Origin: an uncultured Candidatus Saccharibacteria bacterium
Lineage (GTDB): Bacteria > Patescibacteriota > Minisyncoccia > Phycocordibacterales > Phycocordibacteraceae
Direction of reading: 5' to 3'
Assembly (NCBI GenBank): GCA_964650475.1
Contig: CAZYRK010000002.1
Coordinates: 12,087 to 76,086 of the forward strand
Length of the DNA stretch: 64,000 nt
In this document: in pieces, positions 19,990 through 30,600 of the stretch
Numbering within the stretch: the first letter of the stretch is position 1
Layout of the letters: each line of letters opens with the position of its first letter
Notes under the pieces: model-generated
Told to the model about the DNA's origin: nothing
Databases searched by the model: none
The model's input: only the letters and a program-made list of their open reading frames with translations
Position numbers and translations under genes: made by a program

Positions 19990-20500
19990 GAAACCATTAT
20001 CGATATGATCAACCGCCTAAAAAACTTAATCTAACTTTATGAAACTCTGGTATAAAAAATCTAGCCTTTTCATACTCGCCGGCATTTCGTATCTTGTCGG
20101 GCAGTATTTTAGAGGAGAATGGTGGCCTTTTTTCACATGGCCATTCAAATGCAATATGATAACTTCAGGAACCGCCATGTACTGCGACCCTAAATATATG
20201 GACACTCTCGGCTTTCCTCTCATCGTCCTCGGACAGACGCTCGCTATCGTTGCGCTCATACTTTTGCTTGCAAACGAAAGTGCTTTTCGCAAATGGCTTC
20301 ACTTTAGTTATTGGTATGTGCCTGTTGCAACAATACTCTCGTTTATGATGTATCCCGCCCATACCCCTCTTGGCGGAGAGGTTTCTATTTCGCAAGGTGT
20401 TTATTTGTTTGGGAGACCGTATGTTCTCATCACCGCCGGGATTGTAATTCTATATATTCTAAAATTCCTAAAGAGACAACTTCGGGAAAGGAGACTCCGA
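19990..20500 (+). repeat. 511-bp direct repeat, copy 2
   Basis: Matches 18791-19301; encoded proteins identical up to RERRLR. Confidence 0.95.
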
Positions 20501-20536
20501 AAAATAAAAGCACGCGAATCTACAGACACACACTAA
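20039..20536 (+). CDS. Membrane protein, copy 2 (different C-terminus)
   Basis: Identical to 18840-19316 except for the final residues. Confidence 0.8.
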   Translation: MKLWYKKSSLFILAGISYLVGQYFRGEWWPFFTWPFKCNMITSGTAMYCDPKYMDTLGFPLIVLGQTLAIVALILLLANESAFRKWLHFSYWYVPVATILSFMMYPAHTPLGGEVSISQGVYLFGRPYVLITAGIVILYILKFLKRQLRERRLRKIKARESTDTH

Positions 20537-20610
20537 ACCAGCCAACGACTTTGTCGTTGGCTGTATTTTTTTATATATGTACTTTGCTAGTTTGCTTTTA
20601 TAAGCTGCGC

Positions 20611-20686
20611 AGTAAAACCGGCGCGCCGGTTTTACTCTTCACCGCCCCACTTTCCTACCTTCTCTTTAAGCTCCCTCTTATAGAAA
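20611..20686. repeat. Palindrome plus about 70-bp diverged direct repeat of 26150-26238
   Basis: agtaaaaccggcgcgccggttttact-cttcaccgccccactttcctacctt..gctccc. Confidence 0.85.
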
Positions 20687-20699
20687 AAACTATTCAGTG

Positions 20700-21413
20700 T
20701 CAGAAGAACGCTTCCGTACAGATTTTTTCTTCATCCACACCGATAGACTTAAGCCCTCTCCACATATCTCGCACAAACGATATCGAACCACATATGAAAA
20801 ACTCCGCTTCGGTTTTTCTATTAAGTTTATTTAAAACCGTTTCCGCAGACATTCTGCCATAAGTCATTTCAGTTGGGATATTTTCTTCTTGTGTGATGAA
20901 ATAATCCACTTTTATAAACAGGTGCTCAAGAGCCAGCTTGTCGAGTGTCTTATGAAAGACAATATCAGAAACTGTTTTGTTGCTGTAAAAAAGATGCATT
21001 TCCCTTTCCTGTTTTTTACCCACAGAATCGAGCATTACGCTCCGAAAAGGAGCTACGCCGATACCGCCCGCAAGCATTACAAGCATACTGGCTTTGGACT
21101 CGCTATAAAAATACCCGCTTGGAGCTGACGCTAAAAAAGTATCTCCCGGAGCAAGAGCGCACAGCCGGCGCGAAAAGTCTCCACGTGCACTTACCGTTAT
21201 GCTTATCGGCTCTGTCGGGGCACTTGAAATACTGTATGCCTTGCCTTCTGGTGTGCCGAGCTCCGGAAGATACACTGTTATAAATTGCCCGGGTACATAC
21301 TCTGCAGGCTCTCCTTCGCACGAAAGACGCAAGGTCGTAACACTTGGTGTCTCAATTTCAGTGCTTGTCACCGTATATATTTTTTTATTTGTTTTTTGCA
21401 TCATTTTTTTCAT
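20700..21413 (-). CDS. FAD/NAD(P)-binding oxidoreductase (ferredoxin reductase family)
   Basis: PGQF, AYSISS, AGGIGVAPF, FFICGS, C-terminal EAF. Confidence 0.9.
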   Translation of the reverse strand: MKKMMQKTNKKIYTVTSTEIETPSVTTLRLSCEGEPAEYVPGQFITVYLPELGTPEGKAYSISSAPTEPISITVSARGDFSRRLCALAPGDTFLASAPSGYFYSESKASMLVMLAGGIGVAPFRSVMLDSVGKKQEREMHLFYSNKTVSDIVFHKTLDKLALEHLFIKVDYFITQEENIPTEMTYGRMSAETVLNKLNRKTEAEFFICGSISFVRDMWRGLKSIGVDEEKICTEAFF

Positions 21414-21831
21414 AGTCTTTTATTGCATCTTTAAGTGCCAAATGCCCCAGAACCGAACAATGGTATTTACGATCCGGAAGCCCCTCAAGTCTTTCGATAA
21501 TCGCCTCGGGCTGTATCTTTTTGGCGCGGGCAATAAGCATTCCACCATTTTCAGTCACCATCAAAGACAACATCGAGGTAGAAGCTATCGCTGACGCGCA
21601 ACCGAAAGTACGCCACTTGCACTCTGTTATTTTTTGATTTCCCTTATCAACTCGTATCCATATCGCCATCATGTCGCCACACGCAGGGCTTCCCACGACA
21701 CCGACACCGTCTGCCACATAGTTTTTTTCATCAAGCAATATGTTCCGCGGATTAAAGAAATGATCTTTCACCACTTCACTGTAAAGCCACCCTTCTACAT
21801 CGCATTTTTTTATTTCTGTTTTCATAAACAT
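21385..21831 (-). CDS. iscU: Fe-S cluster scaffold IscU/NifU-N
   Basis: DHFFNPRN, GSPACGD, FGCASAIAS, KYHCS. Confidence 0.92.
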   Translation of the reverse strand: MFMKTEIKKCDVEGWLYSEVVKDHFFNPRNILLDEKNYVADGVGVVGSPACGDMMAIWIRVDKGNQKITECKWRTFGCASAIASTSMLSLMVTENGGMLIARAKKIQPEAIIERLEGLPDRKYHCSVLGHLALKDAIKDYEKNDAKNK

Positions 21832-23021
21832 ATCTCTAGCGCTGACAACGACCTTAATTTTTTAATAATTTCAGGCAAAACACCGAGTACGTATTTCAAT
21901 TCTTTTAGAGTTGTATACCTTCCTAACGAAAAGCGAATACTTCCGTGCGCAAGCTCCGCACTTTGCCCGATAGCCAAAAGCACATGCGAAGGTCGCAAGT
22001 CTCGCGCAGAGCACGCGGAACCGGTCGCAACCTCTACGCCCATGCTGTCCAGCATAAGCAGTATCGATTCCCCTTCTATATTTGGAAAAGAAAAATGCAC
22101 ATTGCCCGGAAGGCGTTTGGTAGGGTGTCCGTTAAGAATTGCCTCCGGAATTTCTTTCTTCACACGAGCGATAAAGTAGTCGCGGAGCTTGGCGAGGCGC
22201 GCCGGCTCTTTATCTCGCATCAAATCTGCAATGCGAAGAGCTTCGGCACACCCCACGATAAAAGGTACGCTCTGTGTGCCGGCGCGCACCCCGCCCTCTT
22301 GCCCACCACCAACAATGACGGGCTCTATTCGCACCCCGTTTCTTTTATATAAAAAGCCAATGCCTTTAGGTCCATACATTTTAGAACCATTGAGAGTCAT
22401 CAGGTCGACACCCGTTTCTAAAACGCTAAGCGACAAAAAACCCGGAGCCTGACAAGCATCGGTATGCAAAAGTGGAAATTGTTTTCCTCCACGAAAAGTT
22501 TGGATAAGTTTGGAGATTTCACGAATCGGCTCGACCGTCCCTATTTCATTATTTGCATACATTACAGAAACCAACACAGTGTCGTCACGCAACATCTCAG
22601 AAAGACGCTTCGTATCGATTATCCCGTTTGAAAGCACTGGTGCCACACTTACCTCAAATCCCTCGCGCTCCAAAAGATGCGCGCTCTCAAACACTGCTTT
22701 GTGTTCTATGGAAGAAATTATGATGTGTCGCCCGTTTGCTTTATTTGCTCGCGCAACGCCAAGCAGTGCAAGGTTGTCCGACTCAGTGCCGGAACCGGTA
22801 AAAATAATCTCCTCTGCGGAGCACTCGAGTACCTTCGCCACAACAGACTTTGCTTCTTTAATAGCGTGCATAGCCCTACGTCCGCTTGCATAAAGTGAAG
22901 ACGGATTACCATAACGCTTATCAAAATACAGCATCATCGCTTTAAGCACTCGCGGATCAAGCGGTGTTGTTGCGGAGTAGTCTAGATATACAGAGCTATC
23001 GGATTGCGCAGTAATCGACAT
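21822..23021 (-). CDS. iscS: Cysteine desulfurase
   Basis: YLDYSATTP, GNPSS, HTDACQ, KMYGPKG, TGSACS. Confidence 0.93.
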   Translation of the reverse strand: MSITAQSDSSVYLDYSATTPLDPRVLKAMMLYFDKRYGNPSSLYASGRRAMHAIKEAKSVVAKVLECSAEEIIFTGSGTESDNLALLGVARANKANGRHIIISSIEHKAVFESAHLLEREGFEVSVAPVLSNGIIDTKRLSEMLRDDTVLVSVMYANNEIGTVEPIREISKLIQTFRGGKQFPLLHTDACQAPGFLSLSVLETGVDLMTLNGSKMYGPKGIGFLYKRNGVRIEPVIVGGGQEGGVRAGTQSVPFIVGCAEALRIADLMRDKEPARLAKLRDYFIARVKKEIPEAILNGHPTKRLPGNVHFSFPNIEGESILLMLDSMGVEVATGSACSARDLRPSHVLLAIGQSAELAHGSIRFSLGRYTTLKELKYVLGVLPEIIKKLRSLSALEICL

Positions 23022-23682
23022 ATTTATTTAGCATTACCTTAAACTCCTCCATTTCCGCATCACTATAGCTAACCTTGTGCTTGAGCTGAGGGTTTAATAT
23101 TTTGGTCGAAACAAACTTCTGCAAAAAATACCGTTTTGCACCTTTTATTTCTTTCCCAATCTGCAAAATATCCTCTTTTGCAAGAATTCCTTTAACAAAG
23201 GTCGTGCGAAACTCATATTTTATCGACGAACCCATCAGAAGCTCCACACTCTTTCGTACCGCTTCAATATTTACAGGCATAGAAACAGTCTGAGGATACA
23301 ATGCGAAAGGTGATTTTATATCCATTGCGATATAGTCGACAACTCCTTTTTCTATCAAGTCGCGAAGCATTTCAGGACGCGTGCCGTTAGAATCCAGCTT
23401 AACAAGGAAGCCTCTATCTTTAATCTTTTTAATAACCTCTGGCAAACCGTCGTGCATTGTCGGCTCGCCTCCGGTGATAACAACACCGTCTAACATTCCT
23501 TTTCGCGTATCCAAAAACTCAAAAAAGCTGTCCTCGGAAATACGAGTTTCAACAGTCTCGTTTACCAGCTCCGGATTATGGCAATACGGGCAATGGAAAT
23601 TACAACCTATAGTGTAGACAACGCACGCAACCTTTCCGGGATAGTCTACAAGCGTAAATTTTTCCAATCCTCCAAACTCCAT
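22996..23682 (-). CDS. nrdG: Anaerobic ribonucleotide reductase activating radical SAM protein
   Basis: GCNFHCPYCHN, ITGGEPT; adjacent to nrdD. Confidence 0.93.
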   Translation of the reverse strand: MEFGGLEKFTLVDYPGKVACVVYTIGCNFHCPYCHNPELVNETVETRISEDSFFEFLDTRKGMLDGVVITGGEPTMHDGLPEVIKKIKDRGFLVKLDSNGTRPEMLRDLIEKGVVDYIAMDIKSPFALYPQTVSMPVNIEAVRKSVELLMGSSIKYEFRTTFVKGILAKEDILQIGKEIKGAKRYFLQKFVSTKILNPQLKHKVSYSDAEMEEFKVMLNKYVDYCAIR

Positions 23683-23686
23683 TTTA

Positions 23687-25855
23687 TTATTTTGTATTTA
23701 CAGCCTCCTCTGCAGAAACCTCAACATGCACAGAAAGAGGGTCGTATGTCTCGCGAGCTTCATACTCTGCTTGCTTCCCTATGTTCCACTGGCTAACCGG
23801 ACGCAAATACCCAACCACACGCGAATATACTTCGCATTCATTTTTGCAAGTCGGACACAGGTGGTGTTCTCCGGCGATATACCCATGAACAGAACACACG
23901 CTAAAGGTGGGGGTTATCGTAAAATATGGCAGTTTATAATTTTCGCAAATCTTTTTTACCAACGCGGGTACAGCTCCGGCATCTGCAATCCTCTCTCCTA
24001 AAAACAAGTGCATCACAGTACCTCCTGTATATTTTGTCTGAAGACCGTCTTGAATATCCATCGCTTCTATAATGTCGTTTGTGTATTGCACCGGAAGATG
24101 AGATGAGTTGGTGTAAAAAGGTGATGCTCCTTTTGCATACTCGCTCTCGTTCGCAACAATAATATCCGGAAACTGTTTTTTATCTTTTTCGGCTATTCGA
24201 TACGAAGTACCCTCTGCCGGAGTAGCCTCTAGGTTGTACAGGTTGCCTGTGTCTTTTTGATATCCGACAAGACGCTCTCTCATATAATCTAAGACTTTCG
24301 TAGCAAACGCATGCCCTTTTTCCGTACCGATATCTTCTCCCAAAAGATTAACCAGCGCTTCATTCATACCCAGCAAACCTATAGTTGAGAAATGGTTTTC
24401 CCAGTACGCACCGTACGATTCTTTTATTTTTCTTAAATAAAACTTTGTGTATGGATACAAATTTGCATCTGTAAGTTTCTCCAGTATTTTACGTTTAATC
24501 TCCAGACTCTCTTTCGCGATATCCATTTGGACAGACAGCAACGAAAAGAACACCTCTTCTGCCTTTTTCATATCACCATGGCTTTTTTGCTTTGCCAGAT
24601 ACCCCAAACGAGGCATGTTTATCGTTACCACGCCCACCGATCCGGTAAGAGCATTTGCACCAAAAAGCCCTCCCCCGCGTCTGTCGAGTGCTTCGAGGTC
24701 GAGTCTTAGCCTGCAACACATCGACCGCGTGTCTTCCGGCTTCATATCTGAATTTACAAAATTGCTAAAGTAAGGCACGCCGTACTTTGCGGTAATCTCC
24801 CACAAGCCACGCAGGTTTGGATTTTCCCAGTCAAAGTCGCTTGTAACATTTACAGTAGGGATTGGAAATGTAAACACGCGTCCGGAAGCGTCTCCCTCGC
24901 TCATCACTTCAAAAAACGCAGAGTTTAACATGTCCATTTCTTTCTGAAATTCGCCGTATGTTTCATCTTGCTCTTCCCCGCCGATGATAACTTTCTGATC
25001 CTTAAAATTCGGTGAGGGTGTGAGGTCGAGCGTAATGTTAGAGAACGGCGTCTGAAAACCAACACGAGTCGGCACATTCATATTGAAAATAAATTCCTGC
25101 ACAGACTGCTTTACCTCTTTTTGAGAAAGGTTGTCGTAGCGAACAAACGGAGCTAGCAATGTGTCGAAATTTGAAAAGGCGATAGCTCCGGCTGCTTCAC
25201 CCTGCAAGGTATACATAAAATTTACCATCTGCCCAAGCGCTACACGCAGATGCTTCGCCGGTGCCGACTCGATTTTACCGGAGACACCGCGAAAACCTTC
25301 TGTGAGCAGGTCCTGCAGATCCCAACCAACGCAATAGACTGCGAGAGTGCCGAGGTCGTGAATGTGAAGACTGCCTTTCTCGTGCGCATCTCTTATTTTT
25401 TTCGGATAGATTTTATTAAGCCAATACGTTTTACTTACTTCTGAAAAAATATGGTTATTCATTCCCTGAAGCGAATAACCCATATTGCTGTTTTCTTTTA
25501 CCTGCCAGTCTAGCTCGCTGAGATAGTTGTCGACCAACCCAAGCGAGACGGAAGTGGCGAAAGCTCGCATTTCTGCATGTTGTTCACGGTAAATTATGTA
25601 AGCCTTTGCCGTAGCGGGAAAATTATTAAGTATGAGCTGGTTTTCTACAATATCCTGCACATCTTCAATAGAAGGAATCTCTTTGGAAAAGTTTTTACTA
25701 ATATCTGAAACGATATTGTTTGTCATTGCAAAAAGAACACTATCTGAGATATTTTCACCTGAAGCTGAAAAAGCCTTTTTAAGCGCACTTGTAATTTTTT
25801 CTGCATCAAAAATAACAACGCTTCCGTTTCTTTTTTTAATTTCAAGTATGGGCAT
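23687..25855 (-). CDS. nrdD: Class III anaerobic ribonucleoside-triphosphate reductase with ATP cone
   Basis: N-terminal KRNG ATP cone, MCCRL, ATPAEG, CxxH/CxxC, YSRVVGYLRP glycyl-radical motif. Confidence 0.96.
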   Translation of the reverse strand: MPILEIKKRNGSVVIFDAEKITSALKKAFSASGENISDSVLFAMTNNIVSDISKNFSKEIPSIEDVQDIVENQLILNNFPATAKAYIIYREQHAEMRAFATSVSLGLVDNYLSELDWQVKENSNMGYSLQGMNNHIFSEVSKTYWLNKIYPKKIRDAHEKGSLHIHDLGTLAVYCVGWDLQDLLTEGFRGVSGKIESAPAKHLRVALGQMVNFMYTLQGEAAGAIAFSNFDTLLAPFVRYDNLSQKEVKQSVQEFIFNMNVPTRVGFQTPFSNITLDLTPSPNFKDQKVIIGGEEQDETYGEFQKEMDMLNSAFFEVMSEGDASGRVFTFPIPTVNVTSDFDWENPNLRGLWEITAKYGVPYFSNFVNSDMKPEDTRSMCCRLRLDLEALDRRGGGLFGANALTGSVGVVTINMPRLGYLAKQKSHGDMKKAEEVFFSLLSVQMDIAKESLEIKRKILEKLTDANLYPYTKFYLRKIKESYGAYWENHFSTIGLLGMNEALVNLLGEDIGTEKGHAFATKVLDYMRERLVGYQKDTGNLYNLEATPAEGTSYRIAEKDKKQFPDIIVANESEYAKGASPFYTNSSHLPVQYTNDIIEAMDIQDGLQTKYTGGTVMHLFLGERIADAGAVPALVKKICENYKLPYFTITPTFSVCSVHGYIAGEHHLCPTCKNECEVYSRVVGYLRPVSQWNIGKQAEYEARETYDPLSVHVEVSAEEAVNTK

Positions 25856-25873
25856 AATAAATATCGTGATATT

Positions 25874-25914
25874 AATAAAAAACAGCCGGCGCTCCGCGCC
25901 GGCTGTTTTTTATT
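25874..25914. terminator. Perfect 19-bp hairpin between riboswitch and nrdD (likely expression-platform terminator)
   Basis: aataaaaaacagccggcgc-tcc-gcgccggctgttttttatt. Confidence 0.7.
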
Positions 25915-25942
25915 TTTTCTGTAATATAAAAATTCAAACAAA

Positions 25943-26060
25943 ATACCTTACGCGGGCATAAGCATTAGACTTTACGTCTATGTTTTGGATGGTCTGACTT
26001 CTCATACGAGTTACAGTTGCGCGACAGTACCGGACTTGCACCGGTTTCACTCCAAAACTA
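25943..26060 (-). promoter_or_regulatory. Cobalamin riboswitch (compact)
   Basis: Minus strand GTTTTGGAgtGAAaCCGGTGcAAgTCCGGtaCTGtCgCGCAACTGTAA..AGTCAGAccaTCCAAAAC, plus a downstream hairpin whose loop has cgcg able to kiss; upstream of the B12-independent RNR. Confidence 0.88.
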
Positions 26061-26149
26061 CTTTTAGGCTGTAAACGAACTGCCCTCATCATACCTCATG
26101 CCGGCACATATTGCTCGTGGATAATGCAGATATTTATTTATACCAACGC

Positions 26150-26238
26150 GAAAAACCGGCGCGCCTTCGGCGCGCCGGTTTTTCTCTTCACTGCCCTACT
26201 TTCCTACCTTTTTCTTAAAAGCTCCCGCTTATCGAAAG
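26150..26238. repeat. Hairpin (c-GAA-g on minus strand) plus direct repeat of 20611-20686; terminator of the cohesin operon
   Basis: gaaaaaccggcgcgcc-ttc-ggcgcgccggtttttc-tcttcactgccctactttcctacctt. Confidence 0.85.
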
Positions 26239-26990
26239 AGTCGTTTGCGGTTTGTCCAAAGCACAATACCAAGAACTATCACAAGCGCCACAATCGCCCA
26301 AAAAGTGGTTGTGAAAGGAGTGCTACCTTGTATCGGAGCACTCGCCGCCGCCTGAAGAGGCATCTGCGTTACAGTGCCGGAAGCCATTGCGGTACTCGTA
26401 GCGGTGCTTGTCGCCTCTACGGCAACAACAGTTGCTACAGGAACCGTTTTCTTTACGGTCTTTTTAGTATACGTTTTGTGCACCACTTTTTTTGGAGCTT
26501 TCTTTACCACTTTGTGAGGAGCAGAAACAGCAACGACAGCGACCCCTTGCGTACCGGAAATCGTGTTTTTGCTATTTTCATCGAGCACGAGCGAATTGCC
26601 CGTAACACTGATATTTGCCGTACCGGAAGCAACCGCTGTAAAGGTTATGGTTCCAAAAAGTATCGGCGAGGAAATACCACCAGGGTACCCTGCTGTTTTT
26701 ATAATCAAACCGTTTGTGTTGTCTGTTAGGTCGTATCCACTCGTAGAAAGCGCGAGCCATTTTGGAGCGAAAGTAAAACTTGTTACATGCACGAGCTTCG
26801 GGTTAAAAGAAACGTTTGCCCGCACAGTATAGACCTTTTCACCGACAGGGTTTGCTGTCACGTTTATCGTGAATACTTTGCCCGGGGTTACAGAAACCGC
26901 CGTAGGCGAAAGCGTTACGTTTGAAGCGAGAGCAGACGCTGGGAGCACTACAGAGAGTGCAACGATTAGAGTTAAAAGAAATCTTTTCAT
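26229..26990 (-). CDS. Cohesin-domain protein with signal peptide and C-terminal TM anchor
   Basis: G..FTINV.., VSFNPKLV, FGTITFTA..SGTA.I cohesin-like beta sandwich; Lys/Thr linker; TM followed by RKR. Confidence 0.75.
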   Translation of the reverse strand: MKRFLLTLIVALSVVLPASALASNVTLSPTAVSVTPGKVFTINVTANPVGEKVYTVRANVSFNPKLVHVTSFTFAPKWLALSTSGYDLTDNTNGLIIKTAGYPGGISSPILFGTITFTAVASGTANISVTGNSLVLDENSKNTISGTQGVAVVAVSAPHKVVKKAPKKVVHKTYTKKTVKKTVPVATVVAVEATSTATSTAMASGTVTQMPLQAAASAPIQGSTPFTTTFWAIVALVIVLGIVLWTNRKRLFR

Positions 26991-26998
26991 ATATTATA

Positions 26999-27628
26999 TT
27001 ATGTTTGCCAATTAACGATAAGAATATTGAAGTCGAGGATACCGACAACATCGTTGCCATTTAGATCGGCATCAATATTGCTTCCTTTCTGACCCCAGTG
27101 AACCAAAAGAGCATTGAAGTCGAGAATATCTACCTTTCCATCGTGATTTATATCACCGGCGGGGTAGGTTGTACTGACTGGTGTGTAGCTTCCGCCTCCG
27201 CCACCGCCTCCGCCTGAAGAAGGTGCTGGTGAATCGTTCTCGTTAATAACATACGTGAACGAAGCAAGCGGTGAGGTTTTCGATCCGTAACACGCGACAG
27301 CTCGCAATAATGCGGAACCTGTAACCTGAACAGGTTCTGCTGTGTCATAAACCATACCATTATTACAGGAAAGTTCAAGGTCTCTCGTGTTAATCATGTA
27401 GTGAATAGACGAGGCACCGGAAGCCGACAAAGCAACGCTCTGCGCTTCATCGTATGTACCACCTGTCGGTGTGGCTGTTGGTTTTGCCATAACAAACCCT
27501 GTTACTCCTGTGCTCACATTACCTGCGTTTGACCCTTCGCCAGGGGCAATCGTCTGCCAACCTGTCGTAGAAGCAAATGCTGGTGTCGCAAGAGCTAAAG
27601 AAAATATAACTGCAAAGATGTATTTCAT
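26999..27628 (-). CDS. Secreted protein with FN3-associated (chitobiase-like) domain and C-terminal dockerin
   Basis: PTATPTGGTY..; poly-Gly linker; duplicated GDINHDGKVDILDF / ADLNGNDVVGILDF. Confidence 0.85.
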   Translation of the reverse strand: MKYIFAVIFSLALATPAFASTTGWQTIAPGEGSNAGNVSTGVTGFVMAKPTATPTGGTYDEAQSVALSASGASSIHYMINTRDLELSCNNGMVYDTAEPVQVTGSALLRAVACYGSKTSPLASFTYVINENDSPAPSSGGGGGGGGSYTPVSTTYPAGDINHDGKVDILDFNALLVHWGQKGSNIDADLNGNDVVGILDFNILIVNWQT

Positions 27629-27648
27629 AATGATATTTTCTAATCAGT

Positions 27649-30600
27649 TTATAATGTAGGGGCTTCTGACTTAAATGCGTACGACGATGAGTACGACAAT
27701 CCTTCAGCACTATCTGTCGGTACTTTCATCTCTACAACAACCTGCACTTGCCTTCCCGGAACAGTAGGATACATATCTGCATTTGCGTTTAATGTAATCG
27801 GTCCTGCAAACGTATTTGCTGAATCAATCATCATTGCGGTGCTTGCACTGTTTGCATCCGATGATTGCGGACTATAGAAACGAATGTTTCCATCTGCAGG
27901 AATTATATTTACGCCATCACTCGTTTTGAAATCTTTAAACTTCATTGATAGATCCGTTTCGTTCGTCGGTACCGTTACGTCAAACACCCAGCTCCATCCG
28001 TTTTCAAACGTACTGCCGACTGTCGCCATGGTGCTACTTGCGGTAACTCTAGTAACACCGAGCGAAGCAATATCATTAAACACGATATACATAACCGGAA
28101 CATTCACAGTATCTCCTGTTGATGAAGTTACTATCACATTGTAGGCATGGTAACCAAGCGCAGATGCATCTGTTGGTGTCGCTACCGTTAGCGTTGTTCC
28201 GTCTGTGTCAACGCTTGTTGCTACACCGTTTACAGTAGTGCTCTCTACACCGGTAGTTTCAAACTGCAAACCATTTACAAAGCGAGCAGACGCCTGTGTA
28301 GAGGTGTACGCCGTAAGTAGCGGGTCTCCATTTAGGATAAGTGTCGGGATTATAGGGGTAATTGTATTTGCATTTACGTTGTACGCTACTGTAATATTTG
28401 TGAAGTTACCTGTTGGTGAAGTTACAACAACATTATACACATGAAGCCCAAGAGTGGTTGCGCCTGCAATAGTTGTTGTGGCGGCATTGGCGTCTCCAAC
28501 CAAAGTTGCACTTATTCCGTTGACAGTAACACTCGCTGCACCAGTCAATGTGAATTGCAATCCGTCAGTAAAGCGAGCTCCTGCTTCCGTTGCTGTATAT
28601 GGAGAAGCAATTGCATCTCCATACAGTGCGATAGTTGGTGTTATAGGAGTAACAGTATTTGCATTTACTTGATACCCAACTGTTTTGGTTACGGTATTTC
28701 CTGTTGAGGAAGTAACTTTTACTGTGTACAAGTGCAATCCGAGAGTTACGGCACCCGTAGATGTCACTGCGGTTAGTGCTCCATTTCCACTTGTCGGTAC
28801 AGTTACGCTCGTTCCGTTAACAGTAGCGCTTATGGCGTTTGTGACATCAAACTGCAATCCGTTAGTAAACCTGCTTGTCGCCTGATCAACCGTGTATGGT
28901 GATGCGATTGCATCGCCATCAAGTATAAGGGTCGGTTGTACGACGGGGGTTGCGGTGAATTCAATTGTATTGGCTCCAGTAGCTGTTCCACCCACTTCTG
29001 TGGCAGTCACATTGACCCACCCGGCAATAGTATTGGTTATCGTAGTGGCTGTGCTACCGAGCGCTCCCATAGTGAGAAGATTTAAACCAAATGAAGCCCC
29101 GTTGTCTCCGATAAGTGTGAGCTTGGTTGAACTATCATTTACTACTGTGTAGTCACTCGCGTCTTTTGCCGTAACAGTAAGAGTTGAATCATGATTTACC
29201 TCTTGTGGATTCGTGCCAAAGCTCAGGTCAAACGAAGCGATCGGGTCGATTGAAACTAATGTACAAGTAAATGTGTTTGTTCCATTACCATCATTAACAG
29301 GAACATCCGTACAGAATGGGCTGAAATCTATGTTATCTGATGCAGATGATCCGATTCCTGATGGGTTAAGAGCGTCATTTTCAGGTCCTGTTTTATCACC
29401 CCACCAGTTTTTCTCTGCGTTGAATGAGCTATTGCTCCACGCGCCATTAAGAACGTTACCTGCTATATTATTTTCGCTCGCCGTGATAGAAGGCTCTGTA
29501 GTATTCCCTGTTGTGTAATCTCTTACTAAGATACCGTAATCGTTTGAGTTAATTGTGTTGTTGTTAATAGAACCTGTTGTTCCAAATTCGTTATAGCCAA
29601 AATAACTAAACCATTGGTCTGCACTCCATACGGCAATTCCTGTTGGATATGCGTTTCCTGTATGAGCAAGACCTGTAATATCATTGTTGTGAATATTTAC
29701 AGCATTAGATCCTACAGACCAAACGCCAAACTGGTTATTGGTAAGAGTGTTACCTGATACTTCAACAGTGCCAGAAGTGTGATACAAAAGGATTCCCGCT
29801 GCTCCATCTGCCGTTGTATCTGTTGTTGGATTATTATCAGTAGAATATGTGTAAATACCAGTCCAAACATTGTCTTTAACTGTATTGTTTTTGACCTTCC
29901 CAGTGGCGCCAAAACCAATTTGAATACCGTTTTGAGCGATTGAAGTAGTTGGACCCATGCCTGTTACTGTGTTGTCGTGGATATTTGCTGTCATGTCGGG
30001 ATAATTCGCAGTAATACCATTTTTTAGATAGTCAGAAACAACGTTGTCTTTAACTTCCAATGAAACCGATGTGGCATCATGCCCAACCAAATACATTCCT
30101 CCGCCATTATGGATATTGATACCGCTAATATCCATATTAGCAATTACACCACTAGTGTCTCGATAAAAGATGCCAACGAGTTCCGCACTAGAAGGTGTCG
30201 ATGTAATAAGAGAGCCATCTATTTTGAATCCGTGAATGTTAACAGTTTCTCCGTTTGTATTTACTCCGATAATAGGAGCTGTGTCTTTATTACTGCTATC
30301 AGTTCCTCTCGCAAAAAGTTGAAATGCACTAGCTGTTGCTTGAGATGGTTTAATAATAGTTGTGTTCCCTGCACCTTGAAGCGTTAAGGATTTGTTAATT
30401 ACAACTTGTTCGTCATAAGTTCCAGCGGCGACATCAATCGTTGTAATTCCATCAACAGAAGCATCGATTGCCCCTTGAATTGTTGCAAAATCTGGTGTTC
30501 CTGTTTTTGCCACGGTCAAGATTCCGTCAATATCGTATACAAACGATACTGACCTTGAAACTGTGTTCCCTGCCTCATCTGTGACAGTAAGGTTAATAAT

